A stretch of DNA of 64,000 nucleotides, from assembly GCA_951406725.2 (NCBI GenBank), contig OX597839.1, forward strand, positions 21,266,001 to 21,330,000, written 5' to 3'. Origin of the DNA: Octopus vulgaris (taxonomy: Eukaryota). A program made the translations under genes and the position numbers. Below, in pieces: positions 11,621-25,985 of the stretch. How positions within the stretch are numbered: position 1 is the stretch's first letter; each line of letters opens with the position of its first letter. A model generated the notes under the pieces. The model had not been told where the DNA came from. It saw only the letters and a list, made by a program, of their open reading frames with translations, and searched no databases.

Positions 11621-12597
11621 TTAATCTGTTGTTATAACCTTAAATGGTTGTCCAACAAGAAGTAGGGAAGAGTTACATTAGTCAAGGACTAAACAACTTT
11701 ATTGTAACAAGATGTGGGACAGACAACAGTTAGAGGAGGAGAACTAATGGTGTGGTTGTTACAAGGATAGTGTGTGGTTAATGAGTGAGGCCAGGTAGCA
11801 GGGAAAGGTGAAGGATAACAGAGTCAACTACTGAGGCAGGGGTGAAGTCTGGATAAGCAAATGGTGAACGAAGACATTGATGTGTGTGTGTGTGAATGAG
11901 AGAGCAGATGTGAGTGTGTGTGTGTTTGGAGAATAACTGAGAACAACAGTTGGAATGAGTTAGTTCAACATGACTAAGTAAAGGACTCAGAAGAGAGGAA
12001 TTCCACAAAGACAACATTGACAGGGGAGTGAGAAGGGGGGGGGAGTGCAACGACTATCATTTTGAGAGGATGTTGATACAGAGGGCGTGTAGAAGATGAT
12101 GAGGATACTTGTAACGATGATGATGACGACGATGATAAAGAAAAAATATGTTAATGATAAGGATGCTGATAACGATATGTTGATGGTGATGATGATGATG
12201 GTAATGATTCTACCCAAAGATTCTAATTCAATAATGGAGTAATTATTGAAATGAAACTTCAGAACTGTTGTTGTCGTTGCTGGTGGGTCAGATATTGTGA
12301 TGATGGTGTGGTGCTAGTAGTCATGATAAGTTTACAGTCATCAGGGCAACCAGTCAGGTAAAAACAAAACCCAGCTGTTTCAGTTATTTCGGGTAACATT
12401 TCCTACTATTTCTGTGGTAATTGGGGCGTGGTCTGGCAGTGGTGGAATGGGAAAGCAGATGGGTTGCTATTAGCAACAAATTTAAAGGAAATATTAGCAA
12501 TTCAATAATTTCTCACACATATACACAGTTTAAAAAACAAAAAAAATTCCAGAGAGAATGTATGGGGGGGGGGGGTGCATGGTTTGATATGTTTTAT

Positions 12598-12978
12598 CCT
12601 TTACCTGTTTTAGTCATCTGACTGTGGCATTACCTTTAAGGGTATTAGTTGAACAAATCGACTCTTATTCTAGTACTTATTCTATTGGTGTCTTTTACCA
12701 AACTGCTAAGTCACAGGACTTAAACACATCAACACTACTTGTTAAGCAGTGGTGGAGGACAAACACAGACACAAAGACACACACACACACATATATTTAG
12801 ATAGATGGATAGATAGATAGATACGATGGGCTTCTTTCGGTTTCTGTCTATCAAATCCACCAACGAGGCTTTGGTTGGTTCCAAGACTATAGCAGAAAAC
12901 ACTTGCCTAAGATGCCATGCAGTGGGACTGAACCCAGAGCCATGTGATTAGGAAGCAAGCTTCTTACTGCACAGCCAC
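12598..12978 (-). mobile_element. Old SINE family A copy
   Basis: Diverged but collinear with family A. Confidence 0.8.
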
Positions 12979-13007
12979 ATTTGAAAGTAAAAACAAGAAG
13001 ACAGTCT

Positions 13008-13483
<476 letters not shown>

Positions 13484-13732
13484 ATGAATAAAAACCAAGT
13501 CATGATTAATACATAATATGGAACAACCATAATGAGGGTGGGTGGTTGGATGGGTGTAAGGAGACGGATAAAGAGAATTAACCGAATCACTTTTGACTGT
13601 TTTTGTTTGAAAAGTATTCTTCAATAATGAAGAATAGTTAGGATGATGGAGGGGAGTGAAAACAAGTCTTGAAAGTCAAAACCATTCTTGGGAACAATTT
13701 CTAGAAGAGTTTTAGAAAAAAACGATGTTTAA

Positions 13733-13952
13733 CCCTTTCAGTATTCAAATTACTTCTCTGCCAAATGTAATCCTTATTTTTTCACAGTTTTGAATTAATC
13801 ATGGATTATCTTGTAGCCTTGAGATTTCAATGATGGGATTGTTTATTTTTAGAATGACATTGTAGGGTGGGTGTAAGAGGTCGGATCTGGCAATTTGAAC
13901 ATAAAACTGGTAGAATATTTGGGCCAGATTGGCCTGTTTAAATGCTAAAGGG
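13733..13952. mobile_element. P1 MITE
   Basis: TTAA|CCCTTT...AAAGGG|TTAA, 220 bp. Confidence 0.88.
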
Positions 13953-14639
13953 TTAATATTAAAAAAAAAAACTTATGGTGAAAGATATTCCAGATGTGGC
14001 CATCTCACTGCCTTCAGATATACAGAGAATTCACAACCACATTATAAGAACAGCAGGATTAAGGGTTAAGAGCCAAAACTTCATAAAAATACAAAAAATG
14101 AAAACTAAAGTTGAAGGAAGATAACAACATCCAGGAGAAAGGGATCAGTTTTTCTTTTATTTATTGTCTATAAAGGAGTTTTACAATTGATTTTAGGGAT
14201 CTAGCTGAAAGAAGATCTCTCTTTGCCTCTAGTTGGAACCATTTTATTTCAAAAGCCAACAGAAGAGACTAAATACACATCCACCTACCAGAAATAGGAG
14301 CAAGATCTTCCTTGCTACAAAACCACTGATATAACTATGACAAACAAGGAAGTCTCTGTGAGGTCGTACAACCTGCTAAAAACAGCAACCAAACCTCTCT
14401 AAGATCATACACATCACTGTCAAACAAAATGAACAAATTGGATACAGGAGTTTTAGATGTAAAAAAGATGGGAAAGCCATAGTTGAAATACCTGTAATCA
14501 TAAACAAGCTGGATCCCTTTTATTAAAATAACTAATAACACAACAGGGGAATAGATGACCATCACAACTTCTAATTTAAAAAATTGTAACTATGTTATCA
14601 AGTACAATGTCACATCAGAATTTCTCCTTTTGTACCACA

Positions 14640-14778
14640 TATGACAGGATTTTTCCAGTTTCCGTCTACCAAATCCACTCACAAGGCTTTGGTCGGCCCG
14701 AGGCTATAATAGAAGATACTTACCCAAGGTGCAACGCAGTGGGACTGAAGCTACTTACCATACAGCCACTCATGCGTA
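14640..14778 (-). mobile_element. SINE family A head fragment with internal deletion
   Basis: cagtttccgtctaccaaatccactcacaagg...cagccactc. Confidence 0.75.
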
Positions 14779-15045
14779 TATATATATATGTCAGCAGCTT
14801 TGACTGTTTTACTAAAAACAAGCCACCAGGATTGTCATGCAAATGTATCCCTCGTTCTTTTAGAATTTCTATTTATAATAATCAGTGAATCCTGAAGACT
14901 TCAGCAGCAAAAAGTATGGCTGGTTCTGATTCTCTGGGCATTGAAAATAGGGGGCTGGGTTGAGTTTGATGATTTCCATAAATTTGGAACCATGTGATTT
15001 CAAAGGGCATTTCTTCAACACACGGTTATGGTAGGCCTAGCTCTT

Positions 15046-15047
<2 letters not shown>

Positions 15048-15097
<50 letters not shown>

Positions 15098-18000
15098 ACA
15101 TGTGTAGTGCAGGTATGTACATGTGTCTGTATGTGCGTATGTGTGTGAGTACATGGCTGTGTATGTATGTGGGTATGTGTGTGTGTGTGTGTACGTGCAT
15201 AGTGCATGTGTATACATGTGTCTGTATGTGTATATGTGTGTGAGTGCATGGCTGTGTATGTATGTGGGTATGTGTGTGTGTGTGTGTACGTGCATAGTGC
15301 ATGTGTGTACATGTGTCTGTATGTGCGTATGTGTGTGAGTGCATGGCTGTGTATGTATGTGGGTATGTGTGTGTGTGTGTGTACGTGCATAGTGCATGTG
15401 TGTACATGTGTCTGTATGTGCGTATGTGTGTGAGTGCATGGCTGTGTATGTATGTGGGTATGTGTGTGTGTGTGTGTACGTGCATAGTGCATGTGTGTAC
15501 ATGTGTCTGTATGTGCGTATGTGTGTGAGTACATGGCTGTGTATGTATGTGGGTATGTGTGTGTGTGTGTGTACGTGCATAGTGCATGTGTACATGTGTC
15601 TGTATGTGCGTATGTGTGTGAGTGCATGGCTGTGTATGTATGTGGGTATGTGTGTGTGTGTACGTGCATAGTGCATGTGTGTACATGTGTCTGTATGTGC
15701 GTATGTGTGTGAGTGCATGGCTGTGTATGTATGTGGGTATGTGTGTGTGTGTGTACGTGCATAGTGCATGTGTGTACATGTGTCTGTATGTGCGTATGTG
15801 TGTGAGTACATGGCTGTGTATGTATGTGGGTATGTGTGTGTGTGTGTGTACGTGCATAGTGCATGTGTGTACATGCGTCTGTATGTGCGTATGTGTGTGA
15901 GTGCATGGCTGTGTATGTATGTGGGTATGTGTGTGTGTGTACGTGCATAGTGCTGTGTATAGTGCATGTGTGTACATGTGTATGTATGTGGGTATGTGTG
16001 TGTGTGTGTGTCTGTATGTGCGTATGTGTGTGAGTGCATGGCTGTGTATGTATGTGGGTATGTGTGTGTGTGTGTACGTGCATAGTGCATGTGTGTACAT
16101 GTGTCTGTATGTGCATATGTGTGTGAGTACATGGCTGTGTATGTATGTGGGTATGTGTGTGTGTGTGTGTACGTGCATAGTGCATGTGTGTACATGTGTC
16201 TGTATGTGCGTATGTGTGTGAGTGCATGGCTGTGTATGTATGTGGGTATGTGTGTGTGTGTGTGTACGTGCATAGTGCATGTGTGTACATGTGTCTGTAT
16301 GTGCATATGTGTGCGAGTACATGGCTGTGTATGTATGTGGGTATGTGTGTGTACGTGCATAGTGCATATATGTACATGTGTCTGTATGTGGGTGTGTGTG
16401 TGAGTGCATGGCTGTGTATGTATGTGGGTATGTGTGTGTACGTGCATAGTGCATGTGTGTACATGTGTCTGTATGTGCATATGTGTGCGAGTACATGGCT
16501 GTGTATGTATGTGGGTATGTGTGTGTACGTGCATAGTGCATATATGTACATGTGTCTGTATGTGGGTGTGTGTGTGAGTGCATGGCTGTGTATGTATGTG
16601 GGTATGTGTGTGTGTGTGTACGTGCATAGTGCATGTGTGTACATGTGTCTGTATGTGCATATGTGTGTGAGTGCATGGCTGTGTATGTATGTGGGTATGT
16701 GTGTGTGTGTGTACGTGCATAGTGCATGTGTGTACATGTGTCTGTATGTGCATATGTGTGTGAGTACATGGCTGTGTATGTATGTGGGTATGTGTGTGTA
16801 CGTGCATAGTGCATATATGTACATGTGTCTGTATGTGGGTGTGTGTGTGAGTGCATGGCTGTGTATGTATGTGGGTATGTGTGTGTGTGTACGTGCATAG
16901 TGCATGTGTGTACATGTGTCTGTATGTGCGTATGTGTGTGAGTGCATGGCTGTGTATGTATGTGGGTATGTGTGTGTGTGTGTGTGTACGTGCATAGTGC
17001 ATGTGTGTACATGTGTCTGTATGTGCGTATGTGTGTGAGTGCATGGCTGTGTATGTATGTGGGTATGTGTGTGTACGTGCATAGTGCATGTGTGTACATG
17101 TGTCTGTATGTGCGTATGTGTGTGAGTGCATGGCTGTGTATGTATGTGGGTATGTGTGTGTGTGTGTGTACATGTGTCTGTATGTGCGTATGTGTGTGAG
17201 TGCATGGCTGTGTATGTATGTGGGTATGTGTGTGTGTGTGTGTACATGTGTCTGTATGTGCATATGTGTGTGAGTGCATGGCTGTGTATGTATGTGGGTA
17301 TGTGTGTGTGTGTGTGTGTACATGTGTCTGTATGTGCGTATGTGTGTGAGTGCATGGCTGTGTATGTATGTGGGTATGTGTGTGTGTGTGTACGTGCATA
17401 GTGCATGTGTGTACATGTGTCTGTATGTGCATATGTGTGTGAGTGCATGGCTGTGTATGTATGTGGGTATGTGTGTGTGTGTGTGTGTAAGTGCATGTGT
17501 GTACATGTGTCTGTATGTGCATATGTGTGTGAGTGCATGGCTGTGTATGTACGTGGGTATGTGTGTGTGTGTGTGTGTGTAAGTGCATGTGTGTACATGT
17601 GTCTGTATGTGCATATGTGTGTGAGTACATGGCTGTGTATGTATGTGGGTATGTGTGTGTGTGTGTACGTGCATGGTGCATGTGTGTACATGTGTCTGTA
17701 TGTGCGTATGTGTGTGAGTACATGGCTGTGTATGTATGTGGGTATGTGTGTGTGTGTACGTGCATAGTGCATGTGTGTACATGTGTCTGTATGTGCGTAT
17801 GTGTGTGAGTACATGGCTGTGTATGTATGTGGGTATGTGTGTGTGTGTGTACGTGCATAGTGCATGTGTGTACATGTGTCTGTATGTGCGTATGTGTGTG
17901 AGTACATGGCTGTGTATGTATGTGGGTATGTGTGTGTGTGTACGTGCATAGTGCATGTGTGTACATGTGTCTGTATGTGTATATGTGTGTGAGTACATGG

Positions 18001-18173
18001 CTGTGTATGTATGTGGGTATGTGTGTGTGTGTGTGTACGTGCATAGTGCATGTGTGTACATGCGTCTGTATGTGCGTATGTGTGTGAGTACATGGCTGTG
18101 TATGTATGTGGGTATGTGTACGTGCATGTGTGTCTGTATGTGCGTGTGTGTGTGAGTGCATGGCTGTACATGA

Positions 18174-18218
<45 letters not shown>
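15048..18218. repeat. ~3.1-kb (TG)n-derived minisatellite, unit ~89-97 bp, roughly 34 copies, bounded by pure (TG)n
   Basis: Unit acgtgcatagtgcatgtgtgtacatgtgtctgtatgtgcgtatgtgtgtgagtgcatggctgtgtatgtatgtgggtat(gt)n; explains the three >1000-aa HT-rich ORFs. Confidence 0.97.
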
Positions 18219-18222
<4 letters not shown>

Positions 18223-18456
18223 GTGTCAGAAGGATCATCAATATTTCAAAGCTACGATGATGCTGCTGCTACACCGTAAACACATTTCACTGAAATAAAT
18301 GCATCATAATGAGCAGTGCAGTATAGTGCAACGCAGGGCAGCAGAAACTGCAACTGCAATGCCGCCACCACCACCACCAGCATCAGCACCACCAGCACAT
18401 CTCTCCTCTCACTTTAACAAATAATTATCAGTCTGTCAGTGCAATTGATGCATCAG

Positions 18457-18507
<51 letters not shown>

Positions 18508-18583
18508 ATCATTTCAATTGTATAAAAGCATTCTCTCTGCCCCACCTCATCCCCCATCTCCCAGCAAGCGCATATGTGTGTGT

Positions 18584-18641
<58 letters not shown>

Positions 18642-19030
18642 AATGAGTTTAATGAAATACTTCACATAACTCAATTTTCTAAGCAGCTGAGTCTTTGAAT
18701 CAGACTCCACAAAAAGTAGGAGTCAAGTTGATTCACACCACCACCACCACCACCACCACCACATTAGTCAATGAATGGGTTTTTCTTTTTTTTTTTTTTC
18801 CAAGTTGATTTTAGGTTTGTCACAAACACGCTCATTCTGGAGCATCGCTACCACAGTTCAATGCCGTACATCTTGTGTGTTGTGTGTTGTGTATGTGCGG
18901 TGGGAGTTGGAGGAGAGGAACTGTTTTTGTTGAATGTTAACGGTGATTGTGGCATCTCCAGTGAAGAGAGCCTACACTGCCCCAGCACTGAATTTCACAA
19001 GCATATGGACACAAATGATGTATGTATGTA

Positions 19031-19080
<50 letters not shown>

Positions 19081-19126
19081 CACACACACAAAAAAGAGGG
19101 AGATGCACATATACAGAAAATATATA

Positions 19127-19521
19127 GGCGCAGGAGTGGCTGTGTGGTAAGTAGCTTGCTAACCAACCACATGGTTCCGGGTTCAGTCCCACTGCGTGGC
19201 ATCTTGGGTAAGTGTCTTCTGCTATAGCCCCAGGCCGACCAATGCCTTGTGAGTGGATTTGGTAGACGGAAACTGAAAGAAGCCTGTCGTATATATGTAT
19301 ATATATATATATGTGTGTGTGTTTGTCCCCCTAGCATTGCTTGACAACCGATGCTGGTGTGTTTACGTCCCCGTTACTTAGCGGTTCGGCAAAAAGAGAC
19401 CGATAGAATAAGTACTGGGCTTACAAAAAGAATAAGTCCCGGGGTCGATTTGCTCGACTAAAGGCGGTGCTCCAGCATGGCCGCAGTCAAATGACTGAAA
19501 CAAGTAAAAGAGTAAAAGAGT
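19127..19521 (+). mobile_element. SINE family A, full length
   Basis: Complete head to tail. Confidence 0.93.
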
Positions 19522-19585
19522 ATACCTACATAGAGATGTGTGTGCGTGTGTGTGTGTGTGTGCATGCATGATGGCTATGGTGTGC

Positions 19586-19656
<71 letters not shown>

Positions 19657-19886
19657 CATATCTTCACATCAACACTCCTCAACAATGCATGTTATTTATG
19701 TTCTGCATAAATCGAAAGACTACTAAGCTCAGCAGTTCAACATGGTGAAGATAAGGGTCGGACAATAGAGACTGGCTTGCAGACAAGTCTTGAACTGCGT
19801 TAACAATTCCACCCGCAGTGCTCGAAAAACACTGTGAAAACCTACTTGTGATCCATCTTGTTTGATGCCTGGGTACTTTTGGCATA

Positions 19887-20291
19887 CTCTCTTTTACTCT
19901 CTTTTACTCTCTTGACTGCGGCCATGCTGGAGCACCGCCTTTAGTCGAGCAAATCGACCCCGGGACTTATTCTTTTGTAAGCCCAGTACTTATTCTATCA
20001 GTCTCTTTTGCCGAACCGCTAAGTGACGGGAACGTAAACACACCAGCATCGGTTGTCAAACAATGCTAGGGGGACAAACACAGACACACAAACATATACA
20101 TACACATACATACATATATATATATACATATATACGACAGGCTTCTTTCAGTTTCCGTCTACCAAATCCACTCACAAGGCATTGGTTGGCCCGGGGCTAT
20201 AGCAGAAGACACTTGCCCAAGATGCCACGCAGTGGGACTGAACCCAGAACCATGAGGTTGGTAGGCAAGCTACTTACCACACAGCCACTCC
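19887..20291 (-). mobile_element. SINE family A, near full length
   Basis: Reverse copy; the tail has a small deletion and repeated tactcttt units. Confidence 0.9.
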
Positions 20292-20771
20292 GAATACAAG
20301 TTTATGCGATGATTACAGTAGTGGCTGTTAAGGGGGACTCTGTCAAGATTCCTTGTGAACTGTCAGACATTCATAGCAGCTCATATATTTTCAGGGTCCA
20401 CCTTGACACCTCATCACCACTATTTTTACCTCTTTCCAGCTCCACCCAAAACACCCCCACCCCCAACAGTTCTTCTAAAATATGAGTAGTCAGGTAGTTC
20501 TTCTACAAGAAGCCTCTTCTGCTCTGGCCCTTTTCTCTCACACTTTACCATCTATGCTCCTCATTCTCCTAACATAAAGTCTCCCCCACCTCTAGGTTTG
20601 TAGTCTTGCAACCTCACTGGTTAAGATTAGTGTTAGGAAGAACATTCCATGATAGAAACTATGCAAAAGTAGACACTGGGGTACAATTGGGCCCGTTGCC
20701 TCCAGTCAACTCAGACCAACGTGAAACATGGATGTGAAATGATGACAATGATGCTGATATGCTGATAATAT

Positions 20772-21117
20772 TGTTATGGGGGTCAATTCAGGGACAGTGC
20801 TTGCGACCGACATTTGTGAAATAATCCTTTGTCCCGTCAGATTCAGGTGGATTGATGAGCTCTTGGGAGACCTTCGACCCTTTTCAGGTGAAAGAAAGTT
20901 CGAGGAAGCACCCCTTTAAAAAGCAGGAACTGTGAGCCTGTAAAAACAGTCGGCCAGCAGCTCTAGGAGAGACGGGACTGATACGAGGACGGACAGTCGA
21001 GGACAGAGCGAGTTAGTAACAGGTTGTTTCTGCTGTGACAGTGACGTGAAAGAGGAAGACAGGCAGAGAAGATTAAGGAACTCAGAGAGATTGCGGCGAG
21101 AGGGCATGGCGATTACA
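20772..21117. mobile_element. Candidate solo LTR
   Basis: 346-bp CpG-retaining, GC-richer block with TGTTAT...ATTACA termini and TATA-like cctttaaaaag at ~20912; no clear TSD. Confidence 0.4.
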
Positions 21118-21149
21118 GTAGTAGTTTTCTGAAATTGTTGCAGACAGGA

Positions 21150-22176
21150 AACAACAGCTCAACCAGTCAAACGTAGATGTGATATAGCTCAACTTTGCCA
21201 AAGCTTTCGAGAATGTTGAGCATGGAATGATATACCGCAAACTGTGTGACTTATTAAAAGACAGGAGTCAGGCAGTCACAGTCAATGGTGCTCTATCAGC
21301 AGAATCCCCCAGGAAACTGTACTGGGATCGCAAATGTTCATTGGTGGCTCTCTCAGACATGTCCTTAGTCATACAGTCACTCTCACCAACTCTGCTGATG
21401 GTACAACAAGTATCACAAGCAGTTAAAGACCCTGGTGACTCTCAAAAGCTGCTGAAAGACCTGAATGCAGTATACAGCTCGACTGATAAATATAATATGC
21501 TGTTCAATGTCGAGAAGTTTCAAGCACTCTACTATTGGCTCATAAACAGACTACAACACATGACCAGGGAATAGTGAAATTCCAAGGTCTGAGTAGGCGT
21601 ATGACCGGGGAGTCCATCGGTGGCCACCACAAAGCATCAAACTAACAATGTACAAAGAAGACTGACTTGGTGTAAGACATAAGCTACTGGAAGAGGCCAA
21701 AAGAATTGAGACTCTACTCACAAAAGAGAAGATGCAAAAGATATGCAGTGACATACATATGGAAGACCCTGGAAGGTCTAGAGCCCAGCTTTGGAATTGA
21801 AAGCTCTCACAACAACCAAACTGGACACCACTGCATAGTACCAAAGATCCCATCTTCTCCAACTAGAGTCAGGACCCAGTACTGTAGCAGCTGAGGTTTC
21901 AAGGACCAAAAACTAGTCAACACTGTCTAACAACCTGAGTGATTTGCAAGGTGTAGATGAGGATCTGTTCAAAGAACATTTGGACAAATTTTTATCTGAG
22001 ATACCAGATGAACAAATATCGTGGCAGGAAACACAAATAAGAGCAGCTCTGTCCAACTTGCTACTTCACCAGAAACAGTTCCAAGGAGAGGGTCAGAACG
22101 TGTGACAAAAGGTAGTGCTCCAACATGGCCACAATCTCCAGCTGATACCAGTAAAAGTAGAAAAAAGAGAGTAAAA
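21150..22176 (+). pseudogene. Decayed CR1-group LINE: RT remnant, C-terminus and 3' tail
   Basis: NVDVI*LNFAKAFENVEHG; LKDRSQAVTVNG; LLKDLNAVY...NMLFNVEKFQ; SYWKRPKELRLYSQKRRCKRY...IWKTLEGLEP; FKEHLDKFL. Many stops and deletions. Tail aaaggtagtgctccaacatggccac...gtaaaag. Confidence 0.85.
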
Positions 22177-22283
22177 ATATACAATGTGTGTGTGCGTGCT
22201 TGTGTGTATAGGTAGTCATTGCATGTTCTCTATGTATATGACCCAAGTTTCCCAACCATGTATATGTGACCAATCCGAAATAT

Positions 22284-22330
<47 letters not shown>

Positions 22331-22599
22331 CACACACACACATATATACATGGGGTGCATTCCAGAAGTTTTGGAACTTTTTTTTTTAGAAATGTCTAAG
22401 ATTCTTGTAATTTTAGTGCCATTACCATACATCTAATAAGCTGACCTGCCAACTTTTGTTGCTCCCGGTTGAAGGAGGAGATGGCTGTAACAGCACTTTG
22501 GACACACCATAGCAAACACTGCTTGTCGTAGATGATTATTTAACAAAGTGCAGTCAGGACATGAAGATGATTTGGAAGCTGACCGGGCAATGCAGTTTT

Positions 22600-23726
<1,127 letters not shown>

Positions 23727-24002
23727 GCTTTATAAACACATTGACTGACCAATTATATTGAGAAGATAAAAATAGCACGGCTAAAAATAGAAGTAAAAAA
23801 ATAGATCAGGTGCTCTGGTATGTAATCAATAATTGGCAAAAGACAGTCTGCGATGGTTGGAGAGCGTTGTCAGCCTGTTTGTCTGAAAGTGATGCTTCCA
23901 ACGTAGAAGTATATTGGTTTACAATGAAAATCTTAGCAGTTCATTCATAAATATATATTCCTTTATGTGTATATACAGGACTCATTCTATATGGTGTGTT
24001 GA

Positions 24003-24530
24003 CTCTCTTAGCGTTCAAATTCTTCTTTCAAATCTAATGCTTATTTATTCCCATTGTCTTGGATTAATCATGCATTATCTCGTAGCTTAGAGATTTCAAT
24101 GATGTGATTATTTATTTTTAGAATGGCATTGTAGAGTAGGTGTGAGAGGCTGGATCTCTCTGATTTGAACAAAAACAAGGAAGAAATATATGAGTCAGAT
24201 ATTGTCAATTCACCCTTTTAGCATTCAGATTATTCTATTAAATGTAAAGCTTATTTATTCACCTTGTTTAACCCTTTCGTTACCAACCCGGCTAAAACCG
24301 GTTTTGGCTCTGTAGTATAAATGTCTTCTTTTCATAAGTTTTCAATTAAAATCTTCCACTAAATCTTAGTCACAATTTATGTTCTGAACACTAGGTTAAT
24401 GATAACTAAGTTATTTTACTAAATTCTTTGTTATATTTAAAATAATTGAAAGAAACACAGATCATCTCAAAATAAATACGGTAGCAAAAGGGTTAATCAT
24501 GGATTATCTTCTAGCTTCAATATTTTGATG
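24003..24530. mobile_element. Two old P1 MITE copies (~24003-24210 and ~24212-24530), the second interrupted by a P2 MITE
   Basis: P1 body ...atttattcaccttgtTTAA[P2]TTAAtcatggattatc... resumes after the insert. Confidence 0.8.
24272..24492. mobile_element. piggyBac-type MITE family P2 (221 bp) nested in P1
   Basis: TTAA|CCCTTTCGTTACC...GGTAGCAAAAGGG|TTAA. Confidence 0.9.
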
Positions 24531-24726
24531 CCCTTCCTAAAACCAACCATTCATAGTATACTCAGTGCCTCTTACATGGCACCAGCGGCAGGGACATCAT
24601 CAAGTGACTTGCCAGACAAAACCCACAACTGAAGGTGGAGAAAGAGTAGTTCTATCTATTGATAAATGTGTGTATGTACCTGTGTGTGTGTGTGTGTATA
24701 AAACACATATACACACATCTGTATAC

Positions 24727-24870
24727 ATCATCATCATCATCGTTTAGTGTCCGTTTTCCATGCTAGCATGGGTTGGACGGTTCAACTGGGGTCTGTGAAG
24801 CCAGAAGGCTTCATCAGGCCCAGTCAGATCTGGCAGTGTTTCTACAGCTGGATGCCCTTCCTAACGCCAT
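24727..24870 (-). mobile_element. Family C (RTE 3' end) fragment
   Basis: (CAT)n followed by the conserved tail. Confidence 0.85.
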
Positions 24871-24889
24871 ACATATACAGCATATACAT

Positions 24890-25020
24890 ATAGTTCAAAT
24901 ATACAGAAAACAAAAAACAAAGACAGGTGTAGGAACAACAAGCAGATGTATTAGTTAACACTCAGGGAAAATGGAGAAATCTTTTAGGTTTCAAACCTAC
25001 ATTCTTCAACAGAAAGGATT
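24890..25020 (-). mobile_element. Penelope-like terminal fragment with degenerate hammerhead motif
   Basis: Reverse complement aligns with 62085-62205; motif cttt-CTGTTGA-a-gaatgtaggttt-GAAA-cc-TA-aaag. Confidence 0.55.
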
Positions 25021-25250
25021 AAGATGAAAAAATGGAGAGAGAATGAAAAATGGTGAGAGAAAAAATGTGAAACATAGTGACGAGATGACTGGGAAAAAAG
25101 AGGTTGAATGAAAGGGAGAAGATGATAATAGTAAAGGTAATGGTGACCCCAACGAACAAAGGTGTGCAAGCATGTATGTGTATGTGTGAATGGGGGCGAG
25201 TGAGTCTAGTGTGTGTGTGTGTGTGTTTTTGTGCAGCAGTTGTTGAGTGT

Positions 25251-25637
25251 GGAGTGGCTGTGTGGTAAGTAGCTTGCTAACCAACCACATGGTTCCGGGT
25301 TCAGTCCCACTGCGTGGCATCTTGGGCAAGTGTCTTCTGCTATAGCCCCAGGCCGACCAATGCCTTGTGAGTGGATTTGGTAGACGGAAACTGAAAGAAG
25401 CCCGTCGTATATATGTATATATATATATATACATGTGTGTGTTTGTCCCCCTAGCATTGCTTGACAACCGATGCTGGTGTGTTTACGTCCCCGTTACTTA
25501 GCGGTTCGGCGAAAGAGACCGATAGAATAAGTACTGGGCTTACAAAGAATAAGTCCCGGGGTCGATTTGCTCGACTGAAGGCGGTGCTCCAGCATGGCCG
25601 GAGTCAAATGACTGAAACAAGTAAAAGAGTAAAAGAG
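25251..25637 (+). mobile_element. SINE family A
   Basis: Near full length, near consensus. Confidence 0.92.
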
Positions 25638-25702
25638 AATATGACTTCGAATATGACTTCGAATTTCTATTATATAGGATCACGGTAAATATTAGAGAGA
25701 AA

Positions 25703-25737
<35 letters not shown>

Positions 25738-25985
25738 AGTTCTTAAAAAAGATCCAAAAAGATTCAAGTTACAAAGGGACTGTGTTTAAAACTTACCTCA
25801 AAGTATATAAGTACATATGTACGTATGTATTTGGTGGGTGGGTGGATAGATAGATAGATAGATATCAAAACACAAGTGTCTGTGTAATGCTCCCAGCCAC
25901 TAACTATAATGCCAGGAGTTGGTGGTTTTCTCGGTTGAGCAAATGGAATACTCATAATGAATAGCCGCAAGAAAAGGTCTATTTA

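Noticed and set aside
13980-14590. A-rich stretch resembling a decayed LINE ORF
   Set aside because: No recognisable motif in any frame I read.
15015-18241. Three ORFs of more than 1000 aa rich in H/T/Y
   Set aside because: All three minus frames are open because the CA-rich repeat strand lacks stop codons; this is a minisatellite artefact.
22348-22595. Possible mariner 5' end; similar faint Tc1/mariner traces at 7930-8106 and 56270-56465
   Set aside because: No partner TIR or catalytic motif visible; too decayed to call.
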